Of a stretch of DNA of 51,500 nucleotides, positions 13,762-26,351 are shown piece after piece. The stretch's first letter is position 1; each line of letters opens with the position of its first letter. The stretch comes from Spirogloea muscicola (taxonomy: Eukaryota). The stretch lies in the NCBI GenBank assembly GCA_009602725.1, contig WELB01000017.1, positions 1,163,925-1,215,424 of the forward strand, written 5' to 3'. The position numbers were made by a program, and so were the translations under genes. A model generated the notes under the pieces. That model was not told the origin of the DNA. It searched no databases and saw nothing but the letters and a program-made list of their open reading frames with translations.

Positions 13762-14415
13762 TCAAATTGGCGGCTTTGGGGACTCAAGCTGAAAAGGCAG
13801 GAACTCTCGGCCCGTTGGAGTGCGGACGCTCTGGCCGCTGGCGTCCACAAAGGCCGAAAGGGCTGCCATCGCCCCTCCGGCCAGTAAAGCCGTCGGAAGA
13901 CTGCCCTCTGTGCAACCATCCATGCAGGCAAATAAGCTCAACGGTGAGCCACCGTACCGCACGGCTGTCGCTGAGATCAGGTTGTGGACATAGTGGCAAC
14001 GTTGGCCATTGCCAGCAGGACCTCACTTGGCTATCTTTCCGGCATCTGTTATCATCAATTCTGATGCAAGTTCCATCGATCCTTTGGGCGTGCTTACGTC
14101 GGACTCCGATGACGGCCCCGGCGGCGAAGCCCCCCAGGACGCCGTTGAGGAGGTCCTTCCTGCCGCGCGCCTTCTCGGCAATGGCGTCCACAGCGGCAAA
14201 GGCTGTGCCGATGGCGGCGAACGTGGCGCCGTAGGTTCCCATGAGGCGCGCCGTCTTGCGCAGCGCCGGCCGCGCGTCGTTGCGCTGCACCGCTGGCACG
14301 TCCTGCCACGTCGCCGTCACGGCGCCCAGCACGGTGCCCGCCGCGGCGCTGGCGGCCGCGGCGCTNGCGCCGCGCACGGCGGACTTGGCGGCGCGCGGCT
14401 GGGCTCGGGAGGTGT
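13762..14415 (-). CDS. OEP16-3: Tim17/22/23-family protein, OEP16-3 / complex I subunit B14.7 (NDUFA11)-like; two exons seen, 5' end not found
   Basis: GTVLGAVTATWQDVPAVQRN..LMGTYGATFAAIG..RKDLLNGVLGGFAAGA, intron ~14098-13908, then SLPTALLAGG..VDASGQSVRTPTGREFLPF. This matches the plant OEP16-3 pattern. No in-frame ATG lies before TE tails at ~14430, and there is an N at 14366. Confidence 0.85.
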
Positions 14416-14490
14416 TCTGATAGTGTTATGAGAAAGTGGCTCTCTTAAAGGTGGCGAGGGCTGTGATATGTATTGACAAGGGGCCAGGAA

Positions 14491-14700
14491 GCGCTTGCAC
14501 CAGAAAGCTGGGCGAGCTCTAGTTGGTGGCAGAAGGGCTCCGTTTCTGGCATCTAGTATTCATGCATCGAGTAGTGACCTTTATATTTTGACCCGTGGTT
14601 ATTGAGCGGGTCAATCTGCTGTAGGTGTGTAGATCTTTAGATGTGCTTGCCATTGTACTTGGCCTTTTGGCCTACATTTGTTTCTAATACACGGAATTCT
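14491..14700 (+). mobile_element. Family A 3'-terminal fragment (~210 bp)
   Basis: Encodes ALHQKAGRALVGGRRAPFLASSIHASSSDLYILTRGY-stop, followed by the 3' UTR. Near-identical to the reverse complement of ~35267-35465. Confidence 0.95.
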
Positions 14701-15057
14701 TTGCTTTCACAGAGCTTTCCATGTAGAATATTGTAACGGATAGGCCTAAGCAACAATCAGTAGCCAGCGGTTAGCGAATGATGTAACAGACAATGTCTAT
14801 AAATATCGGGAACCGGACGGGTGTCACACCCTGCGGGGTACCCTGTCCGCCCTGGGTCTGGCCCGTTACTCTATGCATGTATGTATGAGAAATAAGAAAG
14901 AACATGTGTGCGTGAGAGAGACTCTTCCAGTAGATGGCGATGGCTGTGATTGGCCAGCCCAGGGAAAAGAATAAACAAACCCTAACTCTTAACAATAAGG
15001 GGCCAGAAAAACGCTAAAAGCACACAGCGAGTAAAGTGGCCACTAGGTGGATATATG

Positions 15058-15165
15058 AGTACTGAAAGGCCAAATTGGCTAAGTACAAAGGCTTGCCATC
15101 TATCTACAAATGCAGACACCTGCTGCTATGTGGACCTGCTCAGTTAATCAGGGTCCAGCGAGTAA
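15058..15165 (-). mobile_element. Degenerate family A 3' tail
   Basis: TACTGAAAGGCCAAATTGGCTAAGTACAAAGGC resembles the reverse complement of the A tail (GGCCAAATGGCCAAGTACAAAGGCAAG). Confidence 0.6.
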
Positions 15166-16121
15166 AGATTGGTAATAGATAAACCGTCAGTTGGACCGCA
15201 TGTGGTAAAGCCCACATCCCTGGAGTCTGAGTATCATAATGTACTGCGCTGCACTGCGCTAGTGGGTGACCTGTTCTTGAGGCAAACAGCATATGCTATG
15301 GCTTTAGCCCACAATTTAGTAGAAGTATGAAATATAGAAGACCTGGCAACCTCGACTACAGATCTGCTTCGGTTGTTGCAACTCCATGGTGTTGAGGACA
15401 ATAGGCTGCTGTCAATTGCCTGCATATGCTCTGTCGTTGACAGAAGCTCTCGGATCCTTTAGGATGGTACTTTTCACCATTGTCAAATTAGGGAGCATTG
15501 ACTCTTCGCCCTATATGCAGTTCTACTTCAATCCGTGGACGCTGGACTTTCTCCAGCCATATTTCCAGCGCTGACACTCTTGCTATTTAAAGATTGAACC
15601 CTACTCTATCTGCTGGCATCGTTATTGAGAGAAGGTTCACTCTCTCTGCCCCCAACGATGGTGTTTGCATCGTCCACAGACATCAGATCGACTAATGAAG
15701 GACCTTGCAGTGCTCACGGGCAAGTGGAAGCTAAGGTGGAGTTGCCTTGGACACAGCGTGGGCAGACGTGTCAGCAGCAGTGGTGTCGAACCCACGCAGC
15801 CATGCCTTCTCCTTGCAGCTGTTTCATTCTTTGGGCATTCGAACCTCTGATTCGGTCAATCTCTGGCCAGCCAGTAGGAAGGGACAAGGTCCAGGGCGAA
15901 GACTCAGCACGAAAGGAGAAGAGAATGCGGCTGCTGATATTGAAGTATCGGCTGTAAACTGCCAGCCAGATGCATACAGGTGTCCATGACGGAGCCAAAG
16001 GCTAGGCAGACAGGGCGCCCAAAGGGGAGAAACAGCAAACCACTCAGCAGCAGCAAACCACTCAGCAAGCCAGACCAAGTGGGGCTCACGTATGAAGCAG
16101 AATTAGCTCCTTTGCTGGGCA

Positions 16122-16612
16122 GAAGAAAGGGCTCGCCCATTGAGGATAGGGGCTGGACAAGCCAGCCCAAAAAAGAATGAACAAAGAACGAGAAGGGGGC
16201 CAGAGGAAGCCAGAGGAAGCGCTAAGAAACCAAAGCACACAAAGAAAGAAAGCAGCTACAAATTACTCAGTAACCCCTGCTAAGCAGCCGCAAATCACAG
16301 AGGCTAGAGTCCTGGAAGTGGGTCCCCTGGACAGAGCCAGAGGCAGCAGCGAGGGCTCTCCCGGCACGAAGGTGCAGCGCACGGGCCATGGACCTCTGCA
16401 GCGAGACGGCCAAGCGCATGCGATACACTTGCGCCAGCGACCCGGCTGCAGGAAAGTCTACCGGTTCACCATGGAAGCGACGGGCGATTGCGTGGCGGGC
16501 GAGCTGGTTAAGTAGCTCAAGCCACCGAGCGCCCAGTGCCCCATGGATGTCAATTGCCAACGGGAAGAACTCGTCTTCCGGTGGATGGTCGGCGTACTTG
16601 ATCTCTTTTGCC
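16122..16612 (-). mobile_element. Family B 3' fragment (RLE C-terminus plus 3' UTR)
   Basis: AKEIKYADHP..FPLAIDIHGALG..RLAVSLQRSMARALHLRAGRAL..DLRLLSRGY-stop is a CRE-type C-terminus paralleling family A. It is followed by a 3' UTR with the GGGCTGG/CCAGCCC hairpin. Confidence 0.88.
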
Positions 16613-16630
16613 CGGCAGAAGGGCTTTTTT

Positions 16631-16812
16631 TGGCAGAAGGGCTCCGTTCCTGGCATCTAGTATTCATGCATCGAGTAGTGACCTTTATGTTTTGACCCGT
16701 GGTTATTGAGCGGGTCAATCTGCTGTAGGTTATGTAGATTTTTAGATGTGCTTGCCTTTGTACCTGGCCATTTGGCCTACATTTCTTTCTAATACACGAT
16801 CTTTTTTTTTTT
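16631..16812 (+). mobile_element. Family A 3'-terminal fragment (~170 bp) ending in a T-run
   Basis: Almost identical to the 3' end of the full-length element. It lies back-to-back with the B fragment, and GGCAGAAGGGCT is duplicated at the junction (16614-16625 and 16632-16643). Confidence 0.95.
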
Positions 16813-17266
16813 GCTGGGCAGCGAGGGCTGCATAGTAGGAGGCTGTATGGCGCCAGCGGGTGGTTGAAGGGGAGTAGAGAGAAGGCGCGCGGTGAGCATG
16901 ACGTGAAGCGTGGCGAAGTCAAGTCGATACGTTGTTCAGGCAAAAGCTAGTGCAAAAAGTGGGAAGGAGAGGCGGGAGAGGCAGGGTCTGTGCGTATCCT
17001 GCATTTATGCGCCAACCGGCCCTTACAGACCTTGTCCAGTCCTTTGGGCTGGCCTCTCACAGCCACTGATGTCAATCAGGAATAGCTGTTTTCTTCTGAA
17101 CCCAACGCTGGTAAATGAGCTCTTCCATTGCGGGGTTTGGGATTGGCAGAGGAGCTGGCCGGCGTGGCAATGCCGAAACCCTAACCCTAACTCGGGGAGC
17201 TCGGCGGAGCGGGGGCGCCGGCGGCGAGGGCGGGGGCAGCGACCGCGGTGGCGGCGGCGGCGGCGA

Positions 17267-17648
<382 letters not shown>

Positions 17649-20600
17649 ACGGCTGTGTCTCGTCCCGCCGCCGCCAGGGTGGCGGCCGCCGGTGCGGTGG
17701 CCCGCCAGCCGCGACAGCGTGTGGCGGGCCAACGTGCCGCACACCGCCATGGCCGCCGCCCGCAAGCGCCAGCGCTGGATGGCGCTCGACGACGACCGCG
17801 TCGCCTTCCCCGGCGGCGGCTCCCAGTTCCGCCGCGGCGCCGGGCTCTACCTGCGGCACCTAGGCGAGCTCCTGCGCGTGCACCACAAGGACGACTGGGC
17901 CAAGTCGGGGGTTGTGCCTTGCCCTCTGCCTTACAAACCCTAAAACCCAAAAACCCAAACCCGTGACCCTAAACTCTCAAATCGAAAACCTTATTCCTCA
18001 ACCCTAAACCCCAGATTCTCCCCCAAACTGCCTTAACCCTAAATTTCAAACCCTGAACTTCTTGTGCCTCTTTGCCTACAAGTGCTTGTGACTAGCCTCG
18101 CAATGTACTGGGGTTATCATGCTCCAATTTTAGAGCCAGTGTGAGTCTATGTTGGGATGGCCGTTGTTATGCTCTGCCCTCTGTCTGCTGCCAGCCTCAG
18201 GTGCTCTCTCCAGATGGCTTCTGAGGACCGCTCTGACGCGGTGTGTACCACGTCACGCAGGTAAGGACTGCTCTGGACATCGGGTGCGGTGTGGCGAGCT
18301 TTGCTGCCCACCTACTCAGCCACAACGTTATCACCATGTCCTTTGCTCCCCACGACGTAGACGAGTACCAGGTAGGTGTGACATGGTCTGCAACCCCACC
18401 CACACCTGGCACTGTGGTGTTGGCATTAGTACACGCAGATGTGGCTGTGTGGGTGGCTTGTTACGCGATATGCAGGAATCAAGCTCTAGGGGCAATGCAC
18501 GTAGCCTGCTTTCACCCCCATCTTCTCTACGCTTAAGGGTTTAGGGCTTAGGGTTTGGGGTCTAGGATTTTGCTTCAGTTTAGGATTTTCTTTTCAACTG
18601 TCCTTCCAGTCTCTCCGATAATCCCAACAATTCCTTGACAGCAGATGAGCTTGCTCTCAGTAGTCACCACTGCGTGTCTGAGCGCAAATTTAGTTGCCTG
18701 ATGTGAGATTTGGAAGGGTCCTTGTCACATGCAACACTGTCCAACTCAAGCTTGACCCCAACGCCCCTCAGTCCCTAAAGGATTGGGTCATTGTATTATA
18801 TTTGTGCCAGCAATCAGTGCTCGTACCTTGTCCCCGAATGAGCTGCTCCTTTTGCGGCATGTCTAAGATTCTGGTGTGTGGCGCCTGTGCAGGTCCAATT
18901 TGCGCTGGAGAGGGGCCTGCCGGCTGTGGTCGGCAGGCTAGGTGGCCACCGTCTCCCATACCCGAGCCTGTCCTTTGATCTGGCACACTGTTCCCGCTGC
19001 ATGGTACACTGGGCAGAGCGAGGTGCGTAATGCCAAGATGCTCAAGTGAAGACTATATAGACACTATGTGGCCCATGTTAGTTGACCACCTTGACTTACT
19101 TTGCTCCAGTCTTTTGGCGTATTCCACGTCTACCAAGGTCCTCCTGAAGTGCTGGTTGTGTCCGGAACAGGTGGCGTGGCCCTTCTGGAGGTCCATCGCC
19201 TCCTCCGGCCGGGCGGGTATTTCGTCTGGAGCGCTCCGCCTGTTCACGGGCCAGGGCACCCGGCGAAGCGACCGCACGACCGCCGGATCTGGAAACAGGT
19301 CAAGGACCTGACTGTGCGCATGTGCTGGCGAGTGGTTGCGCGGCGGGAGAAAACCATCGTCTGGCAGAAGCCACTCAACAACACATGCTACAGCCGCAGG
19401 TTGTGGACCTACCCATAATGCTAGGCTCATGCTCGTAGCACTGAGACCTTACTGGCCTCCCCTTGCCTTGATAGTGCTGTCTTGAATAGGTTTTCTTGAA
19501 TTTCAGCAATGGGTGTCATTATCAGCCAGCAAGAAGTCGCTGTCTGATGAGTGTTGTTGTTACTGACAGGAGATTGGGGACAAGCCCCTCCATCTGCGAC
19601 TGGGATACAATCCAAGCAGACTTGGCATGGCGCGAGCCCCTGTTGCCCTGCCTGATGCCCATGCCGGGGCCGTTGGAGACTCTGCACAAGTGGCCGGCAC
19701 GACTTCATGCATTGCCACCTCGTCTGGCGAGCCTAGGTCAGTCTCTCGTGTAGAGTAGAACCCCTGAAAGCCCAACGTCTTGTATACAAACGACCTGACA
19801 GAAGCCCTATCCTGAACAATTCACTAATCTGACGTGCTACAGGTGCAGTATGCTATGCACTTAGGTACCACGAGCATCAGAAACTGACAAGTACTGATTG
19901 TGTACTATCAGCAAAATTTAGGTGCCGCTGTGGGAGCTCATGCACTTTGGCTCATCGTGGGCAGGGATCACGGAGGGGGAATGGCATGACGATGGCGCCG
20001 CATGGAAGGCCAGGGTCAATGAATACTGGTCGCTTCTGAGCCCAACCATCTTATCGGACGGCCCCAAGCGGCCTGGGGACGATGATCCGCCCCTTCCGCA
20101 CAATCAAGTGCGTCATCCATCGATCATGAATGACTTATGAAGAAATTGGTTACCCTCGTATGTCCTCTTGCTCTTTTGTGGATCAAAGTTTGCATTTGGG
20201 TCTCTTGTCTTATTTATCACTGCCGAGCCATTCATCAAGTGCATTAAGTGCATATTTATCGTGTCATAATTTTGGCAGGTCCGCAATTGTATGGACATGA
20301 ATGCGGGCCTGGGGGGCTTTGCTGCGGCGATGGTGGGGACCAGGCGGCCCCTGTGGGTCCTGTCCGTAGCCCCATCCCCTGGTCCAAACGCGCTGTCCCT
20401 TGTCTTCGAGAGAGGCCTCCTGGGCATCACGCACAATTGGTATGCAGACTTGCCCAATAAGAAGTATCAGTGCTTAACACTACATGCACGTAAGCAAGAG
20501 TGCATCCTTACCCATGCTCCTCTCAAGTGTGAGAGCTGCCACTTGACACTTGCAACCACTGATTGCCAGTTGATCAACAGCATCACTGGATGTCTATCCA

Positions 20601-21408
20601 AGTTATAAGCAGTGCCCTATGTCAGTCATACTGCTGGCAGATTTACATAAAAAAATTATTGAAGCACAGTGCCAGGCTTTTGACCTCGACCTCCTCACTG
20701 GCGATTGTCGCTTACACAAAGTCACTTGATGCTCAAGCTGGCAATTGTCCCACTTTCTGCCTACAATTTGTGTATTAACACAGTCTGCATTCTCAGGTGT
20801 GAGCCGTTCCCCACATACCCCCGGACATACGACCTCTTGCACGCCGCCGGCCTGCTGTCACGTCACGCAGCAAGATGCGGCATCATGAGCCTAATACTGG
20901 AGATGGACCGAATCCTCAGACCTGAGGTGAAACATTTGATAGACTTGCAGTTCAACACTTGTCTATCAAGTCTCCAATTACTTGCATTGAAAGTTTCTAC
21001 ATATTTATTCGCATCGTAGTATTAGAACTGTTTCTCCAGCCTTTCATCGTCACATTACATGTATACTCCCAGCTCTGCTGTTGAGGGTAACTCGAACCAC
21101 TGATTTGTGGTTTATATCGTATTTTTATTGTGCTAAGTCATGTCATAGGAGTCAAAATGTGGCAGGATAAGGATTGGCAGGATATTGATAAGTGCAAGCA
21201 CTAATAGTGGCTGTAACGATTCTCACCTATTCTAGCCAGTCGTTTACTTGACCAGGGCTGGGTTATCGTGCGGGACAGCTGGGAGTTTATAGAGGAGGCG
21301 AGGGCAGCTGCACAGGCGGTGCGATGGGAATCGCGGGTCATTGCCATTGAGGAGGAGGACGACCAGCGCATCATGATTGCCCAGAAGATCCTCTGGCGGC
21401 CACCCTGA
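17649..21408 (+). CDS. Probable methyltransferase PMT (DUF248/Methyltransf_29, QUA2/3-like), ~9 exons; N-terminus lost in the gap
   Basis: [135 protein letters not shown] at 21406-21408. Confidence 0.95.
17935..18058 (+). repeat. Degenerate telomere-like (AAACCCT) / telo-box cluster in a PMT intron
   Basis: AAACCCTAAAACCC, ACCCTAAA (several), AAACCCTG. A further cluster in TTAGGG orientation lies at ~18533-18590, and AAACCCTAACCCTAA at 17177-17191. Confidence 0.7.
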
Positions 21409-22148
21409 GAGCACACTATGTAAATATTTAACGCCTAGAAACATTGAAACTTCAGACGTTGGGAGCATCCATTGCAGACCATGTCGAGTTCTTGACGCCC
21501 ATTGTGGCAGAGACGGCACATGGCATTGCTCTTAGGACTTCTTAGCCTGATCTGCCTGCTGGCAGGGAAAATCGTTCGCTGCTCGATCCTATCGAAGGCT
21601 GTATAACTGCTGGAACATTCTTTCATGAGCGCACTCTGACGTATGCAAAACGCATGGACTGCATTGGTCCCAATATAATAAGCGCAAGCTCACACTCAAA
21701 GCACTGTGTGATGGGCTGGCCTAAGTGAAGGCCAGGGCAGCGACTGATCTTCATCGATACTGGAAGGCTGGCGGGGTTGCCTGTGAGCAGTGAAAGTGAG
21801 GACGCATGGCAAGCCAGGACAGTCTCGGGCATCAAGGTCGTTAGCCTCCTGAGCTGGGCACTGGGCGCCACACACAAGGAGCAGAAGCAGTGGTTTTGGG
21901 CATGACAAACAATGATACATGACATAGCCCTTCACGCTTTTGCTGAATTGCCATATGTGAGGTGGAAACTAGCCTCGCGAATCTGGCCAAATGGAGGCTG
22001 CAAAGCCAAGTCGGCCCATCGACTTGCAACCAGCACAACACTCTGCCCGTCTGTCACCCGTGCTCTGGCTTATACTTCGCCGGCCGCTGCCACACTGCTG
22101 CTTGGGAGCTGCATATGCGGTACACGGACGGAGTGCGAGAACTAAGCG

Positions 22149-23978
22149 ATGGAGGCTGCCGGCCCTGATGTCCTGCTCGAGATCCTCGCACGGTCGCGCC
22201 TGTCAGGTGCGTGCAGCATTGTCCAAGGCCTTGCCCACGTGACCTCTGCCGCTTGGCGATGGCGCCTGAGCCCGTTCCGTAGCCACAACACAGCACTGCA
22301 ATGTGGGTGTTCGCGGCAGCCATTGCCATTCACTGCAAGCTCAGCAGCAGCGGCGGCGGCGGGCGGCGGCGGCTGCAGTGCGGGAGCTATGCCGGGCGGC
22401 CTGCGTGAGCCGGGCGTGGCGGGCCGCCGCCAGCGCGCCGGAGCTGTACAGGGACCTGGAGGGCAGCGGCGGCGACGGCGGGGACGTATATGGGCGCGGC
22501 CTGGCGGCCGTCGCGCTGCGCTGCGCCGGGCTGCGGCGCCTCCGCCTCCGCGACGTTGGCGTCCAGGTCTGCTCAGCGAGTAGCGGTACTGCAGACCCAA
22601 TTGGCGTGACCTGCTTCTGACGACGACCATCAATGGCGCGGCGACGGCGGCGGCGGCGGCGGCGGCGACTCCGACATTGACTACGGCGCTGGTTGATGCC
22701 GCGACCAGAGCGCGGCGAACGCGCACAGCGGCCTGGCGGCGGCGCTGGCTGCGTCGCAGGGCGGCCTGCGCGAGCTCCAGCTGTCCTTCTTCGGCGCGCT
22801 GCCGGCAATGGGCACCCTGCTGTCATTGGTCGCCAGCCTCTGCCCGCACCTTGCCGTGCTCGACCTGCGCGCCGCCAGCTTCGTCATCACCCAGCCTGCT
22901 GTGAGCATACTGCTCACTTACCCAACCACCCAAATGCTGATTAGGGTTCAGGGTTTACGTTTAGGGTTTAGGGTTTTCCGAATGCGAACCTAAGATCTCG
23001 GGACTCCGTGAATCAAGACTTACAGTGTCACAAACCTCACAACTGTGTCGCGAAGCATGGGCTCTTAGCCACACCCAAGCTTAGAAAAGGTCAAACCGAA
23101 GACTCATCCTGACCCGTCACCTTCAGGCTGACATTATGAACCTCATAACAACCCCCTGGTTTGCTTGCAGCTCTTGGACCTGTTTTCAGCATGCGCCGAA
23201 ATCAAGGGCTTTGCTTGCGTCGCACGTGGGGGCGGGCGGCCAATGCATGTGCCTGGTGATGTGGCGCTTGCTGCCATGGCCGCATGCTGGCCCCGCTTAC
23301 ACTCGCTGGACCTAAACTTTCACGAGGCCACGGCAGGCGGTCTGGCTGCACTCGCTGCCTCGTGCGCAGTGCTGCACCGCCTTGTCTTCCACGGATACAC
23401 AGGGTGAGCCTGCCAGCCCAAGCTGCTCCAAGTTGGCTGCCGCATGCTGGTGACAAGGTGCTCACTGACTTGACTTATCGTATAAAATCAGCTTATTGTA
23501 TAAAATCTCTAAGTAAGTGGCTGAACATACTTGATTCAGATCTGGCTTCATGTTCAATCGAGCTCAGCGGCTCTGGTATCAGCCCCTTCTGCTAGAACCA
23601 TCTTTGGTGCAGGGGGCTCTTCGATGCTGCCGCCACCGCCGCTTTGCACTTCCCAGCGCTGGCCGAATGGCGTTCCACGGCACGATACCGCGTGCGGCGG
23701 AGCTGCGGCGGCTGGCGCGGGCCTGCCCGGCGCTCTCGCGCGTGGAGCTGCAACCGGACCCGGCCGACGGCCGCGCACTCAAGCTGGCACGCGTAGCCAT
23801 GCTGCTCCCTGTCTCGCACCCAACTGAGTTCGGCCACCTGGATATCGCTGTTGCAGCGCTGCCTGCAGCTGGCCGCCGCGTGCTGCTGCTTACTTCTGGC
23901 CCTGCCGCCACTCCTCTGCCGCTGATGCCCATTAATCCCCAGCAGCGGGCCCTGACGAGTGCACTCCTGCAGACTTAA
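22149..23978 (+). CDS. F-box / LRR (RNI-like) protein, multi-exon
   Basis: PDVLLEILAR..ELCRAACVSRAWRAAASAPELY (F-box), then LRR-like RCAGLRRLRL, LCPHLAVLDL, CWPRLHSLDL, ACPALSRVEL; TAA at 23976-23978. Confidence 0.72.
22941..22978 (+). repeat. Telomere-like TTTAGGG cluster in an F-box intron
   Basis: TTAGGGTTCAGGGTTTACGTTTAGGGTTTAGGGTTTT. Confidence 0.75.
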
Positions 23979-24040
23979 TCTCATGACCATTCTTGTATGT
24001 TTCCACAGTAGTCAAAATTTTTGCTGTAAGGCCGGTTGTG

Positions 24041-25771
24041 CTAACGTGCGCAGTACAGCGGTGGCATGCTGGTATGTGGCTGCAGTCGCCGCGCGTGGCG
24101 GAGCAGTAATGCCTCCACTGACTGGCCTGGGGCCTGCAGGTCCCTGCAGATCACGAGCAGCGGTGCATTAGCGGCCACTACTTTTTGCAGCAGCCTTAAG
24201 ATGATCTCATGAAGGGGGTAGGGGGTAAGGGTATACATCTTGAACGTCTCTTGAGGTTGTGTCAAGGTATAAGGTTTCTAGTAAGCGCATGGCTGTCACC
24301 TCAGGTAGGGCTCCAGGTCGTCCCAGAGCCAACGGGGCCGCTCAGCAAAGAGCACGGCAAAGCGCTCTCGTGCACTCCTCGGCAGTGTAGATGCTGGCAG
24401 CAAGCGCACCACAGGCGTGGCAGTGGCGCTGCTGTGGGGCTCCACGATTGCTTCACCACGCAGCATGGACACCTGTGGTGGCCCGCAAGCCGAAGGCACG
24501 CCTGCCGCCCACGCTGTCATGAAAGCATTGAGCGGCACACCGGCCTGCGGCCCTGTGCAATGCAATACAACAGCTACCAACAATTTAGACCAAGATTCTC
24601 TGGAGTTTCAATAACAGTGTATGAAAGTACTCAACAGCAGCATCCTCAAACTATTCATTGCAGCGCTGAGAAGCTGCTGCCGTGGTCGCTGCGACCAGGA
24701 AAGCAAGCGCAGAGAGAAGGGGAGCGCGAAGAGTCGTCACACCAGCAGCGAGGAGCTTGTGTGCAACGTGAATGCAGACCCGGGTGCTGTCAAGCACCCA
24801 AGAGACCTCGCCCTCGCCATTGCTGTCATCATCTTCCAGCATCGCTACGTCTGCTCCATTGCAGTGCTGCTCAGGCGCCATTGCAGTGCTGCTCAGGCGC
24901 ACGGCGGCCGGCTGCCCGCCAAGGAGCTGGAGGCAGTGGCGGGTGGTGGCCGGTGGGTAGCCTGCAGCAGCCAGCGCCGCCACTGCACGGCGCTCGGGCA
25001 GCGCGTGCAGCGGCCAGCCGTGCTCGGCGGCGGTGAGGAGGAGCACGTCAACGACGGTGGCGGCATAGGAGCCGTCGAGCACGCGGACGCGCCCACAAGA
25101 GTCCTCGGCCGCGCCGGCCGCCGCCAGCGCCGCCACGAGCTCGCTCTCGCTCGCTTGCACGCGGGCAAGCAGCTCCGCCCGCGTGTATGGCGGCCCCTCG
25201 CCCTCCATGGCGACGCCGCCATCGCCCACATCGTCCGTTGCGCAGCCACCGTCGTCGTCTGCTGCCCCATATGGGTGCTCCGCCAGCAGCGCCGCCAGGG
25301 GCTCCAGCCGCGGCGCGCACGCTGCGAGCTCCATGTGGCCTGTCGCCGTCGCCAGCACCTCGCACGGCTCGCCGGCGGCGGCGGTGCCGGCGAAGAGGCG
25401 TGCGGCGTCCGCCGGCGGCAGGAGCAGCACCGTGTTGGTCGTGCCAACGGCCTTGAGCGCGTACGTGCGCGTCGTTGAGCACGCGACTGCCTCCTCCTCC
25501 GGCGCGCCTTTGACCGCCAGCCTGAGCCCAAGGCCCGCAGGACACCCGACAAACCAAGCCACTCAGCCCGTGTCTGCATGGCGCCTGCTGTGTCTGCGGC
25601 GGCGGCGGCAGTGGCAAATGCCACTGGTAGGGCAGTGTACCCGTTGTGCAGGAGCTCGTCGAGCAGCTCGCCATCGGCCTCGAGGAGCTGCAGCTCCTCA
25701 CAACCAAAGCCGGCACCATACGCGAGAGTCAAGCAGTGGCCTTGTGCGCCGGCGCTTGCCAGCGGCAGCAT
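24041..25771 (-). CDS. DCC1: Sister chromatid cohesion protein DCC1 (Ctf18-RFC subunit), ~4 exons
   Basis: LQLLEAD.ELL, VKGAPEEEAVACSTTRTYALKAVGTTNTVLLL, LLARVQASESEL, WVLDSTRVC, LPRSARERFAVLFAERPRWLWDDLEPYL, DLQAPGQSVEALLLRHAR. Confidence 0.92.
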
Positions 25772-25908
25772 CTCTTGCTAGGCGAGGTCGTCAGGCAGGG
25801 GGATTGTCTCAAGTACACGTGAACATTGATGTGCTGCAGGGGTTGTCGTCTTGCCTTCGGCAAGAATACAGATGCAAGAGCACGCGTTTCTCAGCGAGAA
25901 TAATGCGC

Positions 25909-25976
25909 TTCTGGCGAGCGCGTGTGAGCCTTCCCGCGCAAATTTGCGCGCGAGCGCCCGCGGCACAGCCGGCCGA
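25909..25976. promoter_or_regulatory. DCC1 upstream element with E2F-like sites in a perfect 16-bp palindrome; copy 1 of a 68-bp direct repeat
   Basis: TTCCCGCGCAAATTTGCGCG, palindrome at 25935-25950, ~165 bp upstream of the DCC1 ATG; repeated at 27349-27416. Confidence 0.6.
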
Positions 25977-26351
25977 NCTCTCCCCCGCTTTTCTCTTTCC
26001 CTCCCACCCTCCGTCGTCACCTTCGCCTGTTCCCCTCCTGTCCCCCTCCTTACCTTATCTCTCTCTGCATTACTCTCGTGGAAAGCGTTAGAAATCCACA
26101 ATAGGGATCCCCCACTACACCCAACTCTACTCACGCTTACTTCTGCCTCCTCAATCACCAAGCCTCAGCCCCCACCCTTGGCACCCCACTTGAGCTCCTC
26201 TACAGCTTGCGTGGCAGTGATCCACTCACCCCTTCACTCAACCAGCTTCATTAAAAATAAGGAGAGGAGCATGTACTATTGGAATGACCGACGGAGGGCC
26301 AAATTGACAACACGAGAGAGCCGGCTGCGCTCCAGCATCAGCAGCAAGAGA

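Noticed and set aside
15170..15960. Possible pseudogene remnant
   Set aside because: Stop-interrupted frames with no motif I can recognise.
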